Below are positions 54,749 to 64,000 of a DNA stretch of 64,000 nucleotides, one piece after another. This stretch comes from Eledone cirrhosa (taxonomy: Eukaryota). The stretch covers positions 299,584,001 to 299,648,000 of the forward strand of contig OZ024742.1 of assembly GCA_964016885.1 (NCBI GenBank), written 5' to 3'. Both the position numbers and the translations under genes were made by a program. The first letter of the stretch is position 1. Each line of letters opens with the position of its first letter. Below the pieces are notes generated by a model. That model was not told the origin of the DNA and searched no databases. It saw only the letters and a list, made by a program, of their open reading frames with translations.

Positions 54749-57700
54749 TGGAAAGACGTTAGATTATACTATGTAAAGTAAAGGATGGTTACAATTAATT
54801 TAATCGCTCTAGGTAAAACTGCGCTCATCAAAATCACGACAAACAAGTGATAAATGTGTCCTATACATACTTAAATATATTAAAAATATGTCACATTAAG
54901 ATTCTAAGGTTATTTTCTTTTAACTGTCTGTACGGATATTTCTGGTATCTGACAGAGATATACTTTTTAAAAGTAAGATTTCAATCTAAGAATTGTAAAA
55001 AAATCACTCTGCTTGTCTGAAGTAGTAGGAAATAGGTGACTGATTCAATGGAAGATCACCGACATGAGGATGAAATGTTCTCACTAGAATCAATTGATGA
55101 ATTGCCGAAGAACATTATCTGTCACTTGATATTAGAATTTTATCTGGAATTACACGAGAGACATTTTCCGGATCAATAGCTGTCGAGTGTCATATCGTGT
55201 CTAGAAGCGTGATAGTTTTTCCACCCTCTCAAGAAGAGAAAACACACAAAAGCTTCTATTTAAAAATGCAAAGATTGTATCATAATTAATAAAGAGAAAC
55301 GAACATGTTGTGCTGACTAGTTACTTCATGACACAATTAAATATTAGTCTTATCTACACAGAAACTGTTTTCAGAATAGAATCAAGATAGGAAAAAAGGA
55401 AAGTGTCAAATATATAATATATGCAAAGTCAATAAGTATTTCTATATTGTTTCTATGTAGTTTCAAACTACACGAAAAGTTTTAACTAAATCAACAGGCA
55501 TCCAGTTCTGTTTGCAAGGTCGGTATTTTGAAAATAAACCAACACCGATTAAATGAAAGGGCAAAACATTTAGACATCGAGGGAATAATTCGGGTTATGA
55601 ATGGATTTCCTGAAGTCTTTAAGTAAAGTATCTTGCAGTTGAGACAGTAGTATTGATGGGAGGGAATAAAACTTATTTGTTAAGTAGGCCTGGGTGAATT
55701 GAATGTGCTTCTAGCTATCTGGCGGAAGTAGAACCACCGTCGTTGTTGTTATTGAGTAGACTTATGATAAATTACATTCTAGGTCCTATCATATCGTGTT
55801 AGTGGTGTGTAATACTACAAAGCGATGAGCAGTTATTTAAAGAATATTATTTCTTATTTGCAGAAGATTTACACTGATCAAGGTTAAAGTGTTTTTGTTA
55901 CTAAAGGGAGAACATAATATCCGTGATATAGCTTCGACAATATGATATATGTGGTGACCATAATGGGAGAACTGGCCAGAACAAAGAACCATCAGGTAGG
56001 CTATTTTGTATAGAACTACCATTTTGAAGGAAGCAACTGGCCTCAATGTCTGGTATTTTTATTGTTCTATCACTTTTATGTACATAGAGTATACTAAATA
56101 TGTATGCATATACCATTAACCCATATACCATGTATATGCATTCAACACTAATTACCAATTTACTAACTGGACAGTTTGAAATGTCTGCATTCCACATCTA
56201 CCAGCTTTGGGGAGGCTTACATTTTATCCCAGGCCTGGGCTTATTACAAGCCTTTTAGGCATACATCAGACTTGGGACAATTACAAGTTTTATTTTGAGG
56301 GCAGGACGTTACCAATTTTGGAGGCTTATATTTCATATCTTACTTGACCTATTAGCAGATTAGGGAGGCCTACATTTTACATCTGGTCAATGTCCCTTAC
56401 CGACTTTGTTTGCTCGGGCTTGCAACTGACCATCAGAGATTGTGAAGCAAGTAATTATATTTTCGTGATATTGATTTTTTCCATCTTTTTTTAGCTATCC
56501 TTTACAGCAAGTATCAATCGTTTTCAGAGACTTTATATATGATTAATAATTACCGTTATCTTTTTCATTACTTTGTAAGATTTTATTCACATATTTCCCT
56601 AAATCATTGGCGCTGTTTTTGTTTTTTTTCATTCTATTTTATCTATTATTTCTATTTTTCAATATTGATGTATAGACGTCTTATTTCTTGTAGACGTCTA
56701 GCTGTCGTCTTCATCTCCTTGACTTGACACTGACGACAAAGGCAACAATCACATCAATATTAATATTCCTCACAAATGAAAAAAAATCAAAACAACAACG
56801 GAATTAAAGAAATTTAAAGAAATTACGTCCATTGATTCGTAGACTTCATTGAAATGTAATATCTGTCTGCGATGAGTTTACCAAGACGTTTAGTAATCAG
56901 AAATGACACCGATTACATCTCATTGTTTACACACGGCCAAACATTTTGCAGGGGTAGGTAGTCATTCTATTCAACAAACTCCATTGAATCTACTGCCACA
57001 ATAGGTAGCTTCTGTGTGGCTACTAACTGATACTTTATATTTTACAACAGGTGGATAAAAGCTAAAGTTGACCTCAGTATTATTTGAACTTAGAAGGTGT
57101 AAATGCTGGAATATATACAGCAATGTATTTTGCCCCATGCTTTTACGATTCTTTACTCATGGGCTGTTAACTATAAGTTGAGTCGTAGGGGCGCCATCAT
57201 GATATACGGCTCATATTGGGCATCTTCAGCTTGGCAAAACCCATCGCACGCAAGGACTGAGCACAGTCGATTTCTTCCAGTGAAAGAGAGAGGTAGAGGC
57301 GGAGGAGGGGAGGAGGACCCACCCCAGTACAGGCCTTTATCTACTTCGAGAGGATGAATTGCAAATTTTAATTCAGAAATTAACGAGCTGGACTAAATAC
57401 AGCAAGGTTTAATATTCAGCTGCTACCCTTACTCAGTATTGCCGACTGGATGGAATGAATCAATATGAAATAAATGCCTTAGAAAACCGAACAATCGTAT
57501 CTACTAGGTTGCGGATTAAGTAAGATGAAGATTCCTGCACAAAAACACCAAGCCACACCCGGTCCGGATCGAACACACAACTTTACGATCATGAGTTCAA
57601 CGCCCTAATCACTAAGCTATACGCCTCCTCTCATTAGATAATATATTAGGATGAACGAATATCTGTTTTGACAATGAATGTTCCTGTTGTCCTGAAATTA

Positions 57701-58128
57701 ACATGGGGCTGAACATCCCTTGGATACCTCTGCACATAATTCTCGGGAAAATTCAGCGTTACTCATTCAGCTCTCGTCGTTCCTCGTTCGTCATCTCACT
57801 CATCCTCGTCACTCGTCGCTCGTCGTCGTGCCTTGCGGTTGTAATTCTAACCGATCCGGTCGATTCTTCCGAAGGTGCTCTTTACCGAGTGTCCGAGGTG
57901 GCCGCGAATGATAACAAGGTTTGATCTTTGAATTACTGGTACAGTTCATTCGATAGGCTTCCAAACACGTTCTGCTTATTTAATTTCAGTCACAAGTTTT
58001 GGGTTGCGCAAAGGATATAAGCGACACTCATCCTAGATGCAAGGCAGTGGATCGAACCCGGGTAATTATTATTATCAAGTGAACTTCTTAAACATTCTTT
58101 GATATACTGCGTTAACACATCATATATA

Positions 58129-58323
58129 TAATTGTTTCTACTTTTGGCATCAATTATCCCATCAATTATTCCAGTGCATTACTGGTACTTTATGTTATCG
58201 ACACCGTAAGTATGAAAGGCAAAGTTAATCTAGGCGGCATTTGAACTCAGACCGTATAGGGGCGTAACTCTATGCTGCAAACCATGACGTCCGACCCTCC
58301 ACCAATACTGCCAATCCACCGCC
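58129..58323 (-). mobile_element. SINE family 1 copy with TSD acacatcatata
   Basis: Full head, core and tail; direct repeat at about 58115 and 58328. Confidence 0.9.
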
Positions 58324-58774
58324 CTATACACATCATATACATATAATGGAAGTAAAGAGCCCTTGCGGTCAGGACCAGCCATTGGTTATGCACCTATGAC
58401 TGACTGATCATGGGTTTACCATTCCGTGGCTCAAGTTTATGCAAGGTGTTTTATGGACGGTCTGTGGTCTTCCTTTTCCATGACACCAGCTGATTGGAAT
58501 GCAGTAACGTGAAATAAAATAGGTTAGCTCATGGGCACAACACGCCACATAGTCCGAGAATTGAACTATACGACCTTACGATAGTGAGCCCATACTTTCA
58601 ATGGCTAGTGTTCCGGTTGTCTGAACAACAGATCAAATGGTTGAGTATTCCACAGACGCGTGTATCTCTCAAGGAGATCCAGCGTAACATATTATATGAC
58701 AAAGCTGAAATTACGATCGTGATCCCAGCATCTTTACCACTAAGCCACAAACCTTCACACATTATTATTATATA

Positions 58775-59097
58775 AATCCCACCGAGGTTAACTTTGCCTT
58801 TCATCCTTACGGGGTCGATAAAATAAAGTACCAGTAATGCACTGGGTAATTTGTTGGCCTTGTGCCTAAAGTAGAGACAATTATTATTATATATATATAA
58901 CATCAGAAAAATAATTGTTTCTACTTTTGGCACAAGGCCAGCAATTAACCAGTGCATTACTGGTACTTTATTTTATCGACCACGTAAGGATGAAAGGCAA
59001 AGTTAACCTCGGCGGGATTTGAACTCAGAATGGCAAGGGCCGTAACTCTATACGTCAAAGCATGGCGTCCGACCCTTACCGATACTGCCAATCCACC
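58775..59097. mobile_element. Tail-to-tail inverted pair of SINE family 1 (58775-58890 plus, 58912-59097 minus)
   Basis: Two copies about 20 bp apart in opposite orientation; the second has TSD cagaaaaataat. Confidence 0.92.
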
Positions 59098-59425
59098 TCA
59101 TTATTACAGCAGAAAAATAATGTTTGAGAATGTAGTATTTTGACAGAGTTAACGTTAGCTGACATAGCTGGATGACGTATCTGCTATATCTATTAATGGT
59201 AATATCGTCGTCATAAGAAAAGTAGAGATATCATTTTAGATAATGTGTAAGACAACTTGATAAATAATAATTAAAGATTTATATTGACTCAATTGCCCTG
59301 ACGTTGTATGTGTGTGTATGTGCATGCGTGTGTTTATGCATGCGTATGTATGTATAGGCACATGTGTGTGTAAGCGTACGTTTGTGTATGCCCGTGTGTG
59401 TGTCAACCCGCGCATGTGTAGGTGT

Positions 59426-59752
59426 ATGCTGAACGACGACCAGAAGGAGTGGTGTATATAGGTGTATCAGGATATCCTCGATCGTTTTCAAACCGAACCA
59501 GACTTGTTGGGCAGAGTCAGCCTTTCTTCAAGCTCAAGAGCGTCATCAAGGGAACTCATTTTCCGGACGTGGAAGCCATCAAGAGGGCCGCGATGACGGG
59601 AGAATCCTGCCAGGAGAGTGCACATAGGCGCGGCGGAGAAGAATGGGAAAGTGCATTAAACTTGGGGTGGATTATTTAGAAGGGAGAAGCGTGTAGTTTG
59701 TATTTGAATTATTCTTTGCGAGCCCAGTACTGTTTCTTTTCTAACACACCAT
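59426..59752 (+). pseudogene. Internally deleted mariner transposase relic with right end
   Basis: MLNDDQKEWCI*VYQDILDRFQTEPDLLGRV (region before the catalytic domain) is joined to FFKLKSVIKGTHFPDVEAIKRA and GKCIKLGVDYLEG (mariner C-terminus). Confidence 0.8.
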
Positions 59753-59856
59753 AAATATATATATATATATTTGTGTGTATATGCAGCAAAAACGTGGAGA
59801 GAAAGTAGTTAAAAGCAGTCAATGTAGTGCCCTAATGTGGTTCATAGACGTAATAT

Positions 59857-60192
59857 CAGACCTGCCAACCTCTAAAAACCCAAACAATGAGAAATACTAT
59901 TAAGAATATATGCCGAAAACGGAGAGAAATGAGGCAAAATGGGGAGATTTTACATAATTGTTTCTACATTTGGCACAAGGCCAGCAATTACCCAGTGCAT
60001 TACTGGTACTTTATTTTATCGACCCCGTAAGGATGAAAGGCAAAGTTAACCTCAGCGGGATTTGAACTCAGATCATAAAGGGAGATTTTACATAATGATA
60101 GCTAGACCCATTTTCACGAGAGAAGACATCCCTCACCCACCCCAAAGAGGGTGGGAGATCTCCCCGTCGGATGGGGAGAATTGACAGTTCTG
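59857..60192. mobile_element. hAT-type MITE with 8-bp TSD, containing a nested SINE
   Basis: TSD cgtaatat at 59849-59856 and 60193-60200; imperfect inverted ends cagacctgccaa / ttgacagttctg. Confidence 0.78.
59955..60081 (-). mobile_element. 5'-truncated SINE family 1 copy with perfect 17-bp TSD
   Basis: gggagattttacataat at 59942-59958 and 60080-60096. Confidence 0.95.
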
Positions 60193-60740
60193 CGTAATAT
60201 GTAATGTGTTACTTTGGGTTTCAAGGCCTAGGTGTGGTAACAAATGTAGACTGTGCACGACTGTGTAGAATGCATGACCTAGGCCTCTGTCATCTGCATT
60301 GCATCAAGTATATGCGTGTTTGTTAATTTAATGAGCAGAAATTCTATTCGTCATGCAACTAGAATATTCATCGTCAGAATCGACGTGAATACCAGAAACT
60401 ACAACCACCGATCTTTTTCTCTTGTCTGTATACATGCAAGAGGCCTGACTCCGCTTAAGGCAACCAATGGATTAGTCATGGTATTAATCTGCGTGTCGGG
60501 TTAAATCTATCATCCATGTTATATTTTGTTGATTTTTCTGTTGAAATTGTAATGCATCTAACTAATAACAGTGGAATCCTATTATTGTTTAACCACATGC
60601 CATTCCTGCTCGATCAGACCTATGATCAAAGCCGTCATCATCTCGTATTTGTTATTATATATATATCAATTTCACTGAATGTCTATACAGTTAAGATACT
60701 GACATGACTTTAAATTCCAACGAACTTCAATATTAAACGG

Positions 60741-60785
<45 letters not shown>

Positions 60786-60788
<3 letters not shown>

Positions 60789-60840
60789 CAAACAGCGTGT
60801 GGTAAGATACCAGGTGGACCATAACGCACCAGAGTACTCA
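60786..60840 (-). mobile_element. Family C 3'-terminal fragment beside (TA)n
   Basis: gtgtggtaagataccaggtggaccataacgcaccagagtactca matches the other family C copies. Confidence 0.8.
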
Positions 60841-62874
60841 TATATGTTTTTACTTCGTTTGTAAAATAAGTTGGATTACTTTGAATAAATAATGAATGAC
60901 TATTACATAATTTATGTGCTAAATTTCGTGGCTGTTGATTAAATATATTTTATAGCTTATTTAAAGATCTTTAAAATTCAATTCTTTAAAATTATCAAAT
61001 GTCAACACTTCCTGTTAGCGGCCGTTATATTATAACACTTATAATCGCATATATTTCCGTCGCTAATTTTCTCCTAATGCAGTTTATATATAATGTCGTC
61101 TTTTTTTTAATATATCATGGATTACTGATTACAGAAGGCAGTGTAAGACATTGTTCAATTTCTGTGTATATTGTCAATTACGATTTTATTTGATGTATCA
61201 TATTTACATGCATATATATTTGTGCATAATATCAATATACACACTACACATGCTAGCAGAAAACCAATCGTAGGATGCTTTTTGTGCTAGTTTTATCTAA
61301 TAGTTCTTCAAACTTGCAATTTTATATATATATATAATGGTGGTGCCCTAGCATGGCCTCACCCTCTCGGCTGGAACACGTAATAGAGTAATTTTATACA
61401 TATATGTATACAAATATATAAATGTATGTGTGTGCGTGTGTGTGTGTATGCTCAAACTTTCAACGGTGCCTATGATGTTATAAAATATGGAATCTTTCTA
61501 TTTATAGGAAAACATGTGCCTGGTTGCTGGCAAGACGTTTCGACACTTAACCTGTTTTCTAAAGGTTAACTAACTAAATATATTGAGTGAAACTCATGTT
61601 ATATGCATTACTGCAGGGTAAGTTATCCCAACGTATTCATTTATAAAAATATGACTAAAGAAATTAAAATTGTAAAATCTTTCGTTGAAGTTATTTGCAT
61701 GAAAATGTCACTGGAAATACACATATAATGGAATATTGGAATATTTTAACAAAAATTTACCACGTTTTACAAATTGCTACAGATCAATTGTAGAATACTC
61801 AAATCGGAAATATACGAATACAAATATTTTTGTAGAAGGAAAGTGTGAAAGCCTGATTCATTGCTTCAAACTACGCTCAAAATCAATTGGGAATTTAAAT
61901 GTAACAAATTTACTATTCCGTGTCGAAATCTATCGTGGTATATCTTCTTTTTCTTTTAGAATAGAGTGGAAGCGGTAACATTGACCAATATATAAAACAA
62001 TGCAAATATCCATCGAGGGGTTCATTGCTTGATTGCTCGATCTACTAGAAATAGCAATCAAATATATCTCAAATAATATCCTAGCTTCTTGAGATGGCTG
62101 ATAGATAATGTAGTCACAGATATACAAAACGTCAGGAATTAGAACTTTGGCTTGGTCTAGAGTTATCGTCGAATTGGCAGAGTCGAATTCGGTGTCGGAT
62201 TAAAGATTTGTTAGAGCTCTCTGCAGCCTGAGTTCAAATCCCACTGACATTAACATGGGTTTTTGGCCCCGGCTACCTTACTTCCGTGGAAAATATAGCT
62301 TATCTACGTCTCTATTGGTATTAAAATTTCCAGTAACACGTTCTTGCATCCATCGTTCAACTCTCGCTATGATCAGTTCAGCAGGCCAAACGGTGGCGTT
62401 AAGATGAACACAGAAAATTTGTTATGGATAATGTACTTGTTGTAAGCTGGGTGATGTGATAATAATTCTATTTACTCTCTTAATGTATTCGTTCCTGATC
62501 CTCTCCTTATTTATAGGTCCATCGTATCAGACATTCTCATCGTAAAGAAGATATTTATAAGTGTCACATGAAGTAGTAGGTAGATACCTCAGCGTTCTCA
62601 TTATGATCATAAACCAGACAATTTAGGTCTGGCTCAGCTAGGGAAAACAGCACCAACAACATCAACAACAACACTATAAACATTGATAACATTACTTTAA
62701 CTATAGACAAGCTGTACAGAAAAATAATAAACAAATTCAAGCGACGGAATCATTACTAAAACAATATAGAGTAACATAATGTAGTGAATAGCTTCAATAG
62801 ATATGTGGCATTGTTCCAACATAACACAACTTCGATAGATAAAACCAATTAGAAGACAACTATTGATATAGATG

Positions 62875-62951
62875 TATATCTATGTATATACACACACACG
62901 CACATTCACACTCATAAATATTATATATATATATATATATGTATATGTGTG

Positions 62952-63050
<99 letters not shown>

Positions 63051-63098
63051 ATATATATATATGATATATATACATATATATATATATAAATATAAATA

Positions 63099-63129
<31 letters not shown>

Positions 63130-63159
63130 GATATATATACATATATATAAATATAAATA

Positions 63160-63227
<68 letters not shown>

Positions 63228-63239
63228 TAAATATAAATA

Positions 63240-63298
<59 letters not shown>

Positions 63299-63703
63299 GC
63301 ACGCACGCGTACAATGGTGTATAAATATACGTGCAAATCAGCATGTATGTTTAAGACTTCAAATAAGACATAAAAATCAATAATGCAATTAGAATAAGAA
63401 TTGAACTTTTTCTTCATTTATTCCGATCTTGTATATGAATAAATATCTAGTTTGTATTACTAATTGCTGTTATAAACACAGTAGTGTCTATTAGTATATA
63501 TATACATTGGCATAAGTTTATACGGTTGTGTGAGGTTTGTGTATATACACACACACACATACATACACACACGGGGACGGACACACATATATATATATAT
63601 ATATGTATATTTATATATATATATATATATATATGTATATTTATATATATATGTATGTATATTTATATATATATATGTATGTATACTTATATATATATAT
63701 ATC

Positions 63704-63764
<61 letters not shown>

Positions 63765-63963
63765 GTATGTATACTTATATATATATAAGTATGTATACTT
63801 ATGTATACTTATATATATATAAGTATGTATACTTATATGTACTTATATATATATATATATGTATGTATACTTATATATATATATGTATGTATACTTATAT
63901 GTACTTATATATATATATATGTATGTATACTTATATATATATATGTATGTATACTTATATGTA

Positions 63964-64000
<37 letters not shown>
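62875..64000. repeat. (TA)n-based microsatellites (62875-63295 and 63540-64000, the latter with gtatgtatacttatat units)
   Basis: Directly visible. Confidence 0.95.

Overview
AT-rich, repeat-dominated eukaryotic DNA with no host protein-coding gene or convincing exon. The repeat landscape suggests an octopus-like cephalopod; this is my recollection of the SINE families, not a database result. Nearly all long ORFs in the track are translations of microsatellites. Contents: more than 25 copies of one tRNA-headed SINE with 15-18 bp target-site duplications (TSDs); a 5'-truncated Tx1/L1-clade LINE (39984-42908) with three in-frame stops; decayed R4/Dong-type LINE, hAT and mariner transposase relics; two Helitrons; several MITEs; and one intron-containing tRNA-Lys(UUU)-like gene. 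The most notable signal is a set of unrelated non-coding elements in (TA)n tracts that share a fold-back (inverted 5' end) architecture and carry hammerhead-ribozyme cores, either canonical or variant. One of them is a circularly permuted ~415-430 nt monomer with a type I hammerhead (7244-7286), which looks like a retrozyme mobilised by Penelope-like elements (PLEs). All folds and family assignments were made by eye.
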